From: Sunxiuqinia sp.
GTDB lineage: Bacteria > Bacteroidota > Bacteroidia > Bacteroidales > Prolixibacteraceae
Reading direction: 5' to 3'
DNA: 64,000 nucleotides
Assembly: GCA_965230765.1 (NCBI GenBank)
Contig: CBDDLR010000001.1
Coordinates: forward strand, 2,696,515 to 2,760,514
In this document: positions 39,407 through 49,163 of the stretch, piece after piece
Layout: each line of letters starts with the position of its first letter
Numbering within the stretch: position 1 is the stretch's first letter
Translations under genes and position numbers: made by a program
Notes under the pieces: model-generated
The model's database searches: none
Seen by the model: only the letters and a program-made list of their open reading frames with translations
Told to the model about the DNA's origin: nothing

Positions 39407-40368
39407 CCTTTAAAAATATTAAAGTTATGCCAACGGATATTTTCTACAGAAGGATAAAACTTTTCTTCGGCAGGCAATTGAATTTGTTTTCCTCGAAACT
39501 GAGTTAGTGAATAATCAGTTTTGTTTTCGCTAAATTTTGTTGAAATAAGTACATTAAAATTTTCATCTATTGATAATAAACCTCTGTCAAAAGCTCTGTG
39601 GAGATTGGGACAAAGTGCTAATCCATTTGATATTGTGTCGTTATTACTTTCAGAAAATGGAACAATATGACAAGCATCAATCATTGAAATATTAACTACA
39701 CTGTCAATTCTTAATTCTGAAATACAACATGTGTAATTATATATTTTAGGAATCTCGCGTTTAAAAACATTGCTCCGAATAAATATTTCTTCCTGGTATG
39801 ATTCTTCTTTTAATTCTTTTCTAAGTTCTAAAAGTCTTTTTGAATAAACTTCTGAATCTTCGTTTGCAATTTGATTTTCAATATCATTCAAATATGAATT
39901 ATGTCCGTAATTACCTTTTGTTTCATGAAAGTAAGAATCTAAAACAAATTGTTTTGCAATCTGGTTGTTTTCAGGAATAAGAAGTAATTCAAATAATTCG
40001 TTGTCAATCAATGCATATTTTACGGCTGTTGTGATATTTTGCAGACTTCTCATCGAACTTTTTGATTTTACCCAAATCTCACAACCTTTATTTGGAACAA
40101 GTTTCCAAAACGGTTCTGAATTCATATGATAATAAGGTAAAGCAAAGAGGCATTGATGGTTTGATGTTACCAAACTATTCCAGTTTGATTTGAAAAGTCC
40201 TACAAATTCAGGAGAAATGGAAATCTTATTGTTTGAGAACAGACCGTTTCTAATTCCTTGAAAAAGGCTCAATAACAAAATCGGTTTATGAGGAGCACCT
40301 CCATTTTTATAGTCTCGCCTGAGTTTCTCAAAACGGTTCAAATAATATTTTAAATTTTTATTCTTCAA
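39403..40368 (-). CDS. SBD-HNH endonuclease (putative phosphorothioate-dependent type IV restriction enzyme)
   Basis: APHKPILLL and LPYYHM (sulfur-binding-domain-like); ACHIVPF...NGLALCPNLHRAFDRG (HNH); TTG start. Confidence 0.75.
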   Translation of the reverse strand: MKNKNLKYYLNRFEKLRRDYKNGGAPHKPILLLSLFQGIRNGLFSNNKISISPEFVGLFKSNWNSLVTSNHQCLFALPYYHMNSEPFWKLVPNKGCEIWVKSKSSMRSLQNITTAVKYALIDNELFELLLIPENNQIAKQFVLDSYFHETKGNYGHNSYLNDIENQIANEDSEVYSKRLLELRKELKEESYQEEIFIRSNVFKREIPKIYNYTCCISELRIDSVVNISMIDACHIVPFSESNNDTISNGLALCPNLHRAFDRGLLSIDENFNVLISTKFSENKTDYSLTQFRGKQIQLPAEEKFYPSVENIRWHNFNIFKG

Positions 40369-40377
40369 TTTTGTTAT

Positions 40378-41577
40378 TTAAGCTGCTTTCAACATTACAT
40401 CTTCTTTATCCTGACGTTCAGTTTTATTCTTCATATCAAGTTCGATGTTAAACACTTCGTTATATATTTGGGATACTTTTTTGTCAAAAAATAAATCTCT
40501 TGTCCAAATTACCTGAATTGCAATAAGTTCTTGATTGGTAATTAATTCAACGTGAGGTTTGTCTTCTTGAATAATTTTTTGTGTTTCAAGCACTCGCTTC
40601 AAAATATTGGCTCTGTACGTTGGTTTGTACGTGCCCATTTCATTGATTGCTTTGGTGCCATCACGCCGAGTAGGCATTCTAATTTCAATATTATTTCTTT
40701 CCGATTCCAAATCATCTCGTAATTTCAACAATGGTTTAAGCCAATCAAAACCATTGTTAATTAGTGCAGCCATCGACTTATCAACTTTAACAACAGTACA
40801 AGTCCAGCAACCAAATCGGCTCTGTCCGCACGATGAATGTTCTTTATTTGTAACTAAAGTTGGACATTCATAATCGTCTGAACTTGCATCTGCATAAATT
40901 TGAAAAAGCTCAGAATTGTCAGCCCCCCAAGGAGAAGGGTGAGAATTTATGATTCCCCAAATTTCTTCAAGCATCAAATGTTTAATTGGAGAATAAACAA
41001 AAGTGTTTGCTTGTAACGAATGTTTTGTAAGCCGTTTCCCACGAATTTCGTGCTTTTTAATAGACTTAGCTCTTGAAGCACTTTCCGCAGAACGTGTCCC
41101 AATTAAAATGATTGCTTCTCCATTTTCAGCAACTTGCTCATTAATGTATCGTGATGTTGGTTTAATTTTTAATTTGTCGGTACACCAACGGAAAGCATTA
41201 TTCGGAACCGGGTAACCTTTTCCAATAATGTTTACCCAAAATGAATCTTCTAACCTTGGAATCGTTTTTCTGACAAATATTGGCAAATCATTTTCCCTTG
41301 CTGCTTTGCTAATTTTATTTAGAACTCGTTCGGTATATTCTACGATTATTGGATTTTCAACTAAAGTGTCGTTGCATACTACATAAACTGGTCTTTTGAG
41401 TTGAAAAGGATTTGGCATTTTTCTGATTTTTAAAAGTGCCTCCCAAACCAGAGTTAATAATACTGTCGAATCTTTTCCTCCACTAAAACCTATTATCCAA
41501 GGTTTTTCTGTGTCGTCAGCATAACAGTATTGGTCGATTATTTCGTTTATTATATGTTCAATTCTTTTATTTCTCAT
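40378..41577 (-). CDS. dndC: DNA phosphorothioation sulfurtransferase DndC (PAPS-reductase fold), C-terminus possibly shortened
   Basis: WIIGFSGGKDST, NDTLVENP, FRWCTDKLKIKPT, SCGQSRFGCWTCTVVKVDKSM. Confidence 0.85.
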   Translation of the reverse strand: MRNKRIEHIINEIIDQYCYADDTEKPWIIGFSGGKDSTVLLTLVWEALLKIRKMPNPFQLKRPVYVVCNDTLVENPIIVEYTERVLNKISKAARENDLPIFVRKTIPRLEDSFWVNIIGKGYPVPNNAFRWCTDKLKIKPTSRYINEQVAENGEAIILIGTRSAESASRAKSIKKHEIRGKRLTKHSLQANTFVYSPIKHLMLEEIWGIINSHPSPWGADNSELFQIYADASSDDYECPTLVTNKEHSSCGQSRFGCWTCTVVKVDKSMAALINNGFDWLKPLLKLRDDLESERNNIEIRMPTRRDGTKAINEMGTYKPTYRANILKRVLETQKIIQEDKPHVELITNQELIAIQVIWTRDLFFDKKVSQIYNEVFNIELDMKNKTERQDKEDVMLKAA

Positions 41578-41621
41578 TTATTTCATCTTGAAAACCCAAA
41601 AATAACAAATTATGCCATGGA

Positions 41622-41694
41622 GCGATGGCAAAATTGCAGCTCTTTTGCAAAGCTTTGGATTGTGTGCCGGCTTGTGCGGCTTTGCAAATGTGCT
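41622..41694. repeat. Defence-associated 9-25-9 repeat, copy c
   Basis: Arms TTTGCAAAGC (41644-53) and GCTTTGCAAA (41679-88), 25 nt spacer. Confidence 0.75.
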
Positions 41695-41839
41695 GCAATG
41701 TAGGCGGGATTTCCCAAACTGCCCCATAGGGCAGAAGCGCGTGGGCAAAACAAAATCTTCATCGAAGCTGTCAATTTTCTTTTTTTATTGGTTTAGTTAG
41801 TCTCTTATTTCTGGTTCTTTTTCTTCAATTTAACCTTGC

Positions 41840-41972
41840 AGGTAACGTTCAGTTGTATGTGGTCTGGCGGGATTTCGTGCAGAAATCCTGTCAGACCGGT
41901 AGGAGAGTAGCCGGAAGGTTTGACGTGTCAAACCGATAAGTACCCCGCCTGCCATATTACAATTTGTTATGT
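41840..41972 (-). repeat. attC-like site 7 (family A)
   Basis: GCAGGTAAC(41846)...G(41966)TTATGTGC. Confidence 0.85.
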
Positions 41973-41979
41973 GCTGTAT

Positions 41980-42405
41980 TTATTCTTTTTTTGATTCAAT
42001 TTTTATAGGAATATTGTATTCTGGTATATAGTCACATTTAATATCCGTTTTAACTATTTCTATCGGTCCAATGTTTTTGATTATTTCAGTCATGTTATTT
42101 TCAAGGAATTTAAAATTTCCTAGTTTATTCTCTAATCGTATTTCAATACTGTCTCCTTCATCTATGTTTGAGTAAAGTTTGGCAAATTTTATTCTAAAAT
42201 CTCTCAAATTTAATCTTACAGTATCACAACTAGCTGGAATTAACATTTTGCCGTAATAGTTTCCTCTAAGCGTTATTGGATTGATTTTATTTGCATTTTT
42301 TAAGTTATAGCAAGGGATTAATGGGGTTATAATCTCTTCGTTAACCTGGCAAAATGCATTTAAGTTTGAAAAAACTATTGATATTATTATAACAAATTTT
42401 ATCAT
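41980..42405 (-). CDS. Hypothetical secreted protein (cassette)
   Basis: 141 aa with signal peptide. Confidence 0.6.
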   Translation of the reverse strand: MIKFVIIISIVFSNLNAFCQVNEEIITPLIPCYNLKNANKINPITLRGNYYGKMLIPASCDTVRLNLRDFRIKFAKLYSNIDEGDSIEIRLENKLGNFKFLENNMTEIIKNIGPIEIVKTDIKCDYIPEYNIPIKIESKKE

Positions 42406-42420
42406 ATCGTTCTATATTGC

Positions 42421-42551
42421 ACATAACGGCCGCGGATATGTTGCGGCGGGGTTTTATTTGCACTAAAGTTTCATATATTTTTTAAAATTATGTATTGTAT
42501 TGTTAAAATCAAATAGCACCAAACACCCCGCTGAAATATAAAATGTTAGGC
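42421..42551 (-). repeat. attC-like site 8 (family D, AT-rich loop)
   Basis: GCACATAAC(42427)...G(42545)TTAGGCAAA. Confidence 0.82.
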
Positions 42552-42559
42552 AAAGTAGT

Positions 42560-43615
42560 TTATGTATTTATCTTATTTTCAAAATCTTCAATAACTTTAT
42601 CCAGTTTTTCACCAAATATTAATTTCGCATTATCATAAGTCTGATTGCCAAAAAAATCTATAAACTTTTCTCGTCCAAAATTATCAATCAACTCTTTTAT
42701 AAATAATCCTGAAAGTGGGTAAGTTAATGCGTCAGGATAATCTCTAAAATTTGTCCAAAGCTCATTAATCGTAATTTCTTTGTCATTTGTTTTTAACCAA
42801 TCTTTTACAATTTGTTCTTTGTCCTGATTTGTCTGGTCAAAACAAACGGCTGTGCCTTCATTAATTAAACCAGTTTTCATAACCATCTTAGTCGAGTAGT
42901 TTGAAATCACATGTGTCATTTCATGTCCAACAGTCTGTTGAAAATGCGAGTGAACAATACACATATTTGGTCTTGCAAATCCTAAATTCGCCCTTAAAAT
43001 TCTTTTCGCATCTTCTCTGGAATCCCAAACGAAAAAGTCAATTTTCTTGGGTAATTCACTTGCAAAAAACTCATTAATATTTTTAAAAGCTTTTTCTCTA
43101 GATGAAATATATCTTTCAATATCCGAATCGCTCATGTTTTGAAAATGAAATCTGAAATTATCTGATTCTACAATTTTCCAATCTTTGTAAAAATCATCGA
43201 AACCAAACATTAAAATTCTTTTGTATGCGTATCGGGTTGCATTTTTAGTGGCATTTAAATCAAAACATTCTTTTGTCGATATTCTTGAGTTTTCATAATC
43301 CTGGAGTATGAAATGACAAGTGCCCAAATATCCAAGAGCCCATGCTTTTCTCCATGAATTATTCTGGTCATTGTTTGCAGTAAAATCGAGATATGGAATT
43401 GCCGATTTAAAATCTCCTTTGTCAGCATAGGTGCGACCTAACAACAAATTCAAATCTACTTTTAATGAATCAGTATCAAGATGTGGTTTTGCTTCTTTAA
43501 TCACTTTTTCATAATCTCGAGATTGGTAAAGTTTCCACAAATCATCTAAAACTGGATTTTGTCCAAATGTTATCAGACTTGAAAGAATAAAAATTGAAGT
43601 AATAATTTTTTTCAT
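42560..43615 (-). CDS. TPR + gluzincin metallopeptidase-like protein (cassette)
   Basis: Signal peptide, TPR-like helices, GHEMTH...NEGTA. Confidence 0.65.
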   Translation of the reverse strand: MKKIITSIFILSSLITFGQNPVLDDLWKLYQSRDYEKVIKEAKPHLDTDSLKVDLNLLLGRTYADKGDFKSAIPYLDFTANNDQNNSWRKAWALGYLGTCHFILQDYENSRISTKECFDLNATKNATRYAYKRILMFGFDDFYKDWKIVESDNFRFHFQNMSDSDIERYISSREKAFKNINEFFASELPKKIDFFVWDSREDAKRILRANLGFARPNMCIVHSHFQQTVGHEMTHVISNYSTKMVMKTGLINEGTAVCFDQTNQDKEQIVKDWLKTNDKEITINELWTNFRDYPDALTYPLSGLFIKELIDNFGREKFIDFFGNQTYDNAKLIFGEKLDKVIEDFENKINT

Positions 43616-43659
43616 AATATGTTGGTTTGTATTTAGTATGCTGGTTCTTTCTCTATTTT

Positions 43660-43790
43660 GCCTAACGTTCAGTTGTATGTGGTCGGGCGGGATTTCGGAC
43701 TGCGTCTGTATCCCCCGTTACCGAAATTGAAGCGGGAGACTATGCTTCGCATACCACTGAAACCCTTATGAATTATACACATTGTTGTGC
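43660..43790 (-). repeat. attC-like site 9 (hybrid: family A left part, unrelated right part)
   Basis: TTTGCCTAAC(43666)...G(43784)TTGTGCGTA. Confidence 0.75.
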
Positions 43791-43805
43791 GTAGATTATT
43801 TTTCA

Positions 43806-44522
43806 TCACTGTCTTAAATTTTGCATCTTCTCATACCAGTGAAAATGCATTCCTAAAAACGCAATCAAGTTACTAAATCCATGTGCGATTATCACAGGCC
43901 AAAGTTTTTTATGTTTATAATAATAGTATCCAAATACCAATCCAGTTGGAAGAATCATAATCAAGCTTAACCAACCTTGATAAGTATGATAAAGTTGTCG
44001 AATCAGCATGCTTAATCCAATAATTATAACTGGATTATATTTTTCAAGTCGTTTAAACAAGTATCCAATTAATATAAATTCCTCAAAAATCGAATTGATT
44101 ATAATAATCAATGAAATGCTAATCCAATTTGCTTCTAATCCATATTGCACATGTTTTACAGTCGTGTCATCAACAACTTGAAATGCCTCAAGTATCTTAA
44201 ATCCAACATTCCCAATTACGTTTCGAATAAACATTATCAACAGAGCAATCCAAATCAAACGAAATGTAAAAGTCAAGTTAAAATCCGACATTTTCCATTC
44301 TCTGACTTTCAAGATGTAGAAAATTATCAGAAGTGCAACAATCTCATAAATCACAATCGAGAAGTGAGATTGGCTTGTAATTTTATAAGTCCAGGAATGA
44401 GTATAGTCTGAGTTTACAACAAAAAATGAACAAGTCGAAGAATAAATAAACAATCCGAATCCGATTATCAATATTGTAATCAGTTCAGTTGTCGGTGAGA
44501 GTTTTTTAATCAGTTTATTCAT
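43806..44522 (-). CDS. CPBP (Abi/CAAX) intramembrane glutamic endopeptidase (cassette)
   Basis: FEEFILIGYL, HTYQG, IIAHGFSN, multi-TM. Confidence 0.85.
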   Translation of the reverse strand: MNKLIKKLSPTTELITILIIGFGLFIYSSTCSFFVVNSDYTHSWTYKITSQSHFSIVIYEIVALLIIFYILKVREWKMSDFNLTFTFRLIWIALLIMFIRNVIGNVGFKILEAFQVVDDTTVKHVQYGLEANWISISLIIIINSIFEEFILIGYLFKRLEKYNPVIIIGLSMLIRQLYHTYQGWLSLIMILPTGLVFGYYYYKHKKLWPVIIAHGFSNLIAFLGMHFHWYEKMQNLRQ

Positions 44523-44547
44523 ATGCAGTATGGGTCTTTTAATTTAC

Positions 44548-44680
44548 GCACAACGGCCGCGGATATGTTGCGGCGGGGTTTTATTTGCACTAAAGTTTCA
44601 TATATTTTTTAAAATTATGTATTGTATTGTTAAAATCAAATAGCACCAAACACCCCGCTGAAATATAAACGATGTTATGG
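44548..44680 (-). repeat. attC-like site 10 (family D)
   Basis: TACGCACAAC(44554)...G(44674)TTATGGTT. Confidence 0.82.
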
Positions 44681-45294
44681 TTAGGCAGGGCAATACGGGC
44701 GTGCTCAGTCATTGTAACAAAACCAGCCTGGCAGTTTGTTTGCCCCTCCCAAGTGATGTGCCAAGTTTGCAAAACCAGTAGTTGCTTACCGCTGTCCCTG
44801 TTTGGTGTTGTTTGCCTTTCCTTAATTTACATATCTTTAAGCAACAATACCTGTCCCAGGTTACCCGTTCAGGTAGGGGCAAACATGGCGCAGGAGTTGA
44901 TTAACCGCAAACAAGGTGACAGGCTGTAGATGCTTTTGGGCGTGATTTTATGAAAATTGCTTCCCAATGACCACTAGTCAGGTAGATGTATTACCTGAAA
45001 CTATGTTCCACTTTCACAAGTGCCATTTACAAAAACCAAGCTTTTAAAGAACGCTTTTTTTAATAAACTGAAATGCTGAATTTTGCAGCTTGTGATTTTC
45101 CGGTCAGAAAACACGGACACGTACCAACTTGTCAGGTAACCTTTCCTCTGCGAATCCCTCTCAATCAAACTCTGGTGGGTTGGGGTGTCAATTTGAACAC
45201 TTGGTTTTAAAAATAATTATTTCAAAGAAGAATTGGAAGTGTCCAATTTAGAGAATCGTTCTAAATAATCAGTTTTTTAGAAATAAACCATAAC
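44675..45294. other. ORF-less cassette cargo X' (X body plus the module shared with Y)
   Basis: No credible ORF; near-identical to 59198-59600 over ~400 bp, and to the last ~200 bp of Y. Confidence 0.7.
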
Positions 45295-45420
45295 GTTCAG
45301 TTGTATGTGGTCGGGCGGGATTTCGAAGAGAAATCCAGTCAGACCGGTAGGGGAGTAGCCGGAAGGTTTGACCAGTCAAACCGATAAATGCCCCGCCTGC
45401 CATATTACAATTTGTTATGG
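45288..45420 (-). repeat. attC-like site 11 (family A)
   Basis: AACCATAAC(45294)...G(45414)TTATGGTTT. Confidence 0.85.
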
Positions 45421-45877
45421 TTTGTTTTTTTGTTATCATCTTTTTCAAGTACCGATGAAAAGGAAACGTTCCTTTCAAACGGTGAGCAGTTTTCTGGTTT
45501 TTACAAACCTTTCAAAAAACTGCTTAAACTACACTTTGTTTCAAACTTCGTTTCTTCACTCCCGTCAAAAAGAATGGGGTGCGAAGGGTGTTTATAATGC
45601 AGTGTCAAGTTTTTGCGTTCTTGTCAGATAAGGAAAACAAGCGGACTTGTCAAACAGCAAGACTTTATCAACTTGTAACATTCTGGTCAATAAGCACGGA
45701 CACGTACCAACTTGTCAGGTAACCTTTCCTCTGCGAATCCCTCTCAATCAAACTCTGGTGGGTTGGGGTGTCAATTTGAACACTTGGTTTTAAAAATAAT
45801 TATTTCAAAGAAGAATCGGAAGTGTCCAATTTAGAGAATCGTTCTAAATAATCAGTTTTTTATAAATAAACCATAAC
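45415..45877. other. ORF-less cassette cargo Y, copy 1
   Basis: Close copy at 57361-57825; no credible ORF. Confidence 0.7.
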
Positions 45878-46002
45878 GGTTTGTGCATGTTGTCGTAGCG
45901 GATTTCGGAGCGCGTTCCAGTCCGGTAGGACTGAACGATGATGCGAGAGCCGCAGTTGGCACACCACCAAATCCCGCTATGCAATATGGCACGTTGTTAT
46001 AA
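45871..46002 (-). repeat. attC-like site 12 (family C)
   Basis: AAACCATAAC(45877)...G(45996)TTATAACAC. Confidence 0.82.
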
Positions 46003-46107
46003 CACGTTTTTTTCATTTAAACCATGCACAGATTTCTAATATTATTGTTTTCAATTTTATTCACTAAGTGATAATAAGAATTATAAATTTGAAACTAGGT
46101 TGACTTT

Positions 46108-48999
46108 TCATCGAATAATCTTTTTTGACCAAATAAATCTACCTTTTTTTTCAATCGTCAAAATATTCAAACTTGGAGTTTTACTTATACTTGTAATCCA
46201 TAATAACTCGTTATTAATGCTCTGTTTTAAAGACTTAACCTTACTACCTTTTGTATCCCATAAAGTGATGGTATATATTTCAAACGATGTAGAATTATTC
46301 TTCAGATAAATGTTTTTTTCTGACTGGATCAAACTAAATTTTTTTTCATCTTTTAAACTGACAGAATTTAAACCTGTATTAATATCCTGATATTCACATG
46401 CACCAATGTCTATCACATTGTTAGAAATTCTTGGATTTCCCACAATATCTAGTCTGGGAAATTCAACATCATCGATGAACATATCCCCAGCATCGATACA
46501 GGGAGAACTACTTAAAATATCAAAATCATCAGTTTCATAGCTGAAAAAATGGGGATCATTAAGATAATTATTTGAAAAGATATATTCAGATTGGGATCCA
46601 GAATATTTTTTGAATTCTTGATAGTCGTTTGGTTGGTTGTTGAAAATGATGTTATTTTTTGTAACTACTTTATCTGAAAGGCTAAGATAAATACCGCCGC
46701 CGCCTTCAACAGCAAAATTATTAGTAATTGTATTATTTACAATGTAACATATTGGCGAATTAGATATAAACATGCCTCCTCCCCATTGAGATATCCCTGT
46801 ACCTTGTTTATTGTTGTTTATAACATTATTAACGATAATCAAGGAGTCATTTTCGGAAAAGATACCAGCGCTACCATATTTAGAACTATTGTTAGATATG
46901 TAATTTGAACTAATGGTTAAGTTTGATCCTCTGCTGCTAATTCCGCCTTCACGTTTATTATAGTTATTGTTAATAATATTCCCTAGAATCTTGCCTTTAG
47001 AAGAACGTACAGCGATGGTTCCAGTGGAAGCCACGTTAATAGGTTTAATTGAGAAATAATTATTTTTAGTAACAAAATTATTCATAAAAGAAAAGTCACA
47101 CTGTTCTAAAAATATTGAAGTTCCATATAGTGCACCGTTTTGTAAAAAGCTGCAACTGTCGATTAACATTTCTGAATTAGTAGCGCAAATTGCTCCCCCA
47201 TATTCGGATTTGCAGTTTTTAAAATGACAATTTTTGATTGTCACATTCTTTGAATCAATACATGTAATACCCCCAGCATATCTATCGTCATAGTAAGTTC
47301 TATTTGTCGTTAAACAATTAGTTATGTTTGAATATTCTATTTTTATACCATTATGATTCTTGATCATAATAGCAGAGTAATAATTATTAGCCCAAGTAGC
47401 ATTATAATTTTTTGTATACTGTATATCTGTATAACTTAAAGTTGACGCGGTCGCCTGATCATAATTTTCGCCAAAAACAAGTCCTTTCCATCCCAGCCAA
47501 TTTAGTTTCTCTGGCTTTAAATCCCAATAGTGGTCAGTACTAATAAAACTGATTCTTTCCGTTGGTGTTCCATTACATAAAAGTTGACCGTTAATATTCA
47601 TTTTCACATCCTTCCCAAAGATTGCTCTTACGCTTGGTTCAACTATCAACTGATTATTTTCCAGAATCTCAATATTATTCTTTATGAGATATGGCGATTT
47701 TTCTTTTGTCCAAATCCCATTTACTGTTTCATCATTGATTTCGGTAACAACTGAAATATAATTTTCATAAATCAACGTATTTTGATTACCGTTGGAGTTT
47801 GTAATTTGTAAGCTAACATCAAATGATCCATTCTGCTGATATGTATGTGATGGATTTTCGTCGGATGAAGTATTGCCATCCCCAAAGTTCCATAAACATG
47901 TGTATTGATCGTTTAAGAAAAAAGAACGATTGCTAAAGGTAACTGTCTCTCCAATTGCTATGTAATTTGTGTCAGCGGAGAAATAAGCCATTGGAATTTT
48001 TTCAAAATCTTCCTGAAAAAAACTGAGAGCACCAATATCAGGAACTGAACCGTCATAATCCTCACCTGAAAATGGATCACCTGCATCTATACATTTGGAC
48101 TTTGAATTATCGTCAATAGGATAACCAGACCAACTCAAATGATAGTCTCCGTTTTCAGGGTCAACGAATAAGGGATCTTCATCGATATTCCCTTCTCCTT
48201 CCCATCCTCCTTCAATATTTGAATATCTAACATTAACCAGGTCATGAACAGTATTTTGTATTATTGATCCTCTATTATTCCTCATAATTGAATTACATAT
48301 TTCTACTTCTCCAAATGAATATTCAATATATATAGCATTACTTTTATTATCAACAATAGTATTGTTCTTTAATGAAAATTTATAATCATTAATAGCATTT
48401 ATTACGATTACTCCATCACGGGAATGAGTATTTTCATTACTATAAAACAAACAATTGTTTACATTGCTCATCCCTTTCAGACTTAAAGGAACTTGGTTAT
48501 CATGAAACACAGAGTTATTAACTTGAAGTGTTGCTCCATCTATTGAAAAACCCAATTGACAATTTGTAAAAACACAACTATCAATTACAACATCATGTCT
48601 TGCATAAATTGAGGCGATGCTATCTACTTTGCAATATTTAAACGAACTAGCAAGTTTCTCATTCTTATATTGAGGATAAGACAAGTAAATTGGTTGATAA
48701 TTCCATTTGCCTCCTCCTTTAAATTCAATGTGTTGTGATTGCGTGCCTTCAGCACTAATTCTTCCATCGACCAATAAGTAAGCTTTATCTTGAAAAATGA
48801 TTTTACAACCAGCTTCAATTATTAAGACCGAATCTTTTGGAACAGTAATAAATTTATTAATAATGTATGGCGAAGACTCTTTCGTTAAATTACCGTATAA
48901 AATATCATTCTCAATAATAGTTTGACATTGAATAGGGTTGAAAGAGATATTAAATAATAATAACGCAATAGTGCACAAGGTATAATTTTTATTAGTCAT
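46108..48999 (-). CDS. Secreted right-handed beta-helix + PKD protein with probable T9SS C-terminal domain (cassette)
   Basis: Signal peptide; N/I-rich pectin-lyase-like repeats; WNFGDGNTSSDENPSHTY (PKD); SPCIDAG/DIGAxEY; ends WSKKIIR. Confidence 0.7.
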   Translation of the reverse strand: MTNKNYTLCTIALLLFNISFNPIQCQTIIENDILYGNLTKESSPYIINKFITVPKDSVLIIEAGCKIIFQDKAYLLVDGRISAEGTQSQHIEFKGGGKWNYQPIYLSYPQYKNEKLASSFKYCKVDSIASIYARHDVVIDSCVFTNCQLGFSIDGATLQVNNSVFHDNQVPLSLKGMSNVNNCLFYSNENTHSRDGVIVINAINDYKFSLKNNTIVDNKSNAIYIEYSFGEVEICNSIMRNNRGSIIQNTVHDLVNVRYSNIEGGWEGEGNIDEDPLFVDPENGDYHLSWSGYPIDDNSKSKCIDAGDPFSGEDYDGSVPDIGALSFFQEDFEKIPMAYFSADTNYIAIGETVTFSNRSFFLNDQYTCLWNFGDGNTSSDENPSHTYQQNGSFDVSLQITNSNGNQNTLIYENYISVVTEINDETVNGIWTKEKSPYLIKNNIEILENNQLIVEPSVRAIFGKDVKMNINGQLLCNGTPTERISFISTDHYWDLKPEKLNWLGWKGLVFGENYDQATASTLSYTDIQYTKNYNATWANNYYSAIMIKNHNGIKIEYSNITNCLTTNRTYYDDRYAGGITCIDSKNVTIKNCHFKNCKSEYGGAICATNSEMLIDSCSFLQNGALYGTSIFLEQCDFSFMNNFVTKNNYFSIKPINVASTGTIAVRSSKGKILGNIINNNYNKREGGISSRGSNLTISSNYISNNSSKYGSAGIFSENDSLIIVNNVINNNKQGTGISQWGGGMFISNSPICYIVNNTITNNFAVEGGGGIYLSLSDKVVTKNNIIFNNQPNDYQEFKKYSGSQSEYIFSNNYLNDPHFFSYETDDFDILSSSPCIDAGDMFIDDVEFPRLDIVGNPRISNNVIDIGACEYQDINTGLNSVSLKDEKKFSLIQSEKNIYLKNNSTSFEIYTITLWDTKGSKVKSLKQSINNELLWITSISKTPSLNILTIEKKGRFIWSKKIIR

Positions 49000-49024
49000 A
49001 GTCTCATTGATATTTTAAAATGTG

Positions 49025-49156
49025 TTATAACGGTCAGTTGTATGTGGTCGGGCGGGATTTCGTGCAGAAATCCTGTCAGACCGGTAGGAGAGTAGCCAGA
49101 AGGTTTGACTTGTCAAACCGCTAAAACCCCCGCCTGCCATATACAATTTGTTGTGC
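49025..49156 (-). repeat. attC-like site 13 (family A)
   Basis: GTGTTATAAC(49031)...G(49150)TTGTGCAAC. Confidence 0.85.
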
Positions 49157-49163
49157 AACGTAA

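Noticed and set aside
37946-41577. Complete dndABCDE or dndFGH system
   Set aside because: dndA, dndB, dndD, dndF and dndG are not recognisable.
44590-45631. Small ORFs repeated at 44590/59113, 44672/59195, 45269/57230, 45368/57314
   Set aside because: They start or end inside attC-like sites and their extent changes between copies; they are by-products of repeated non-coding DNA.
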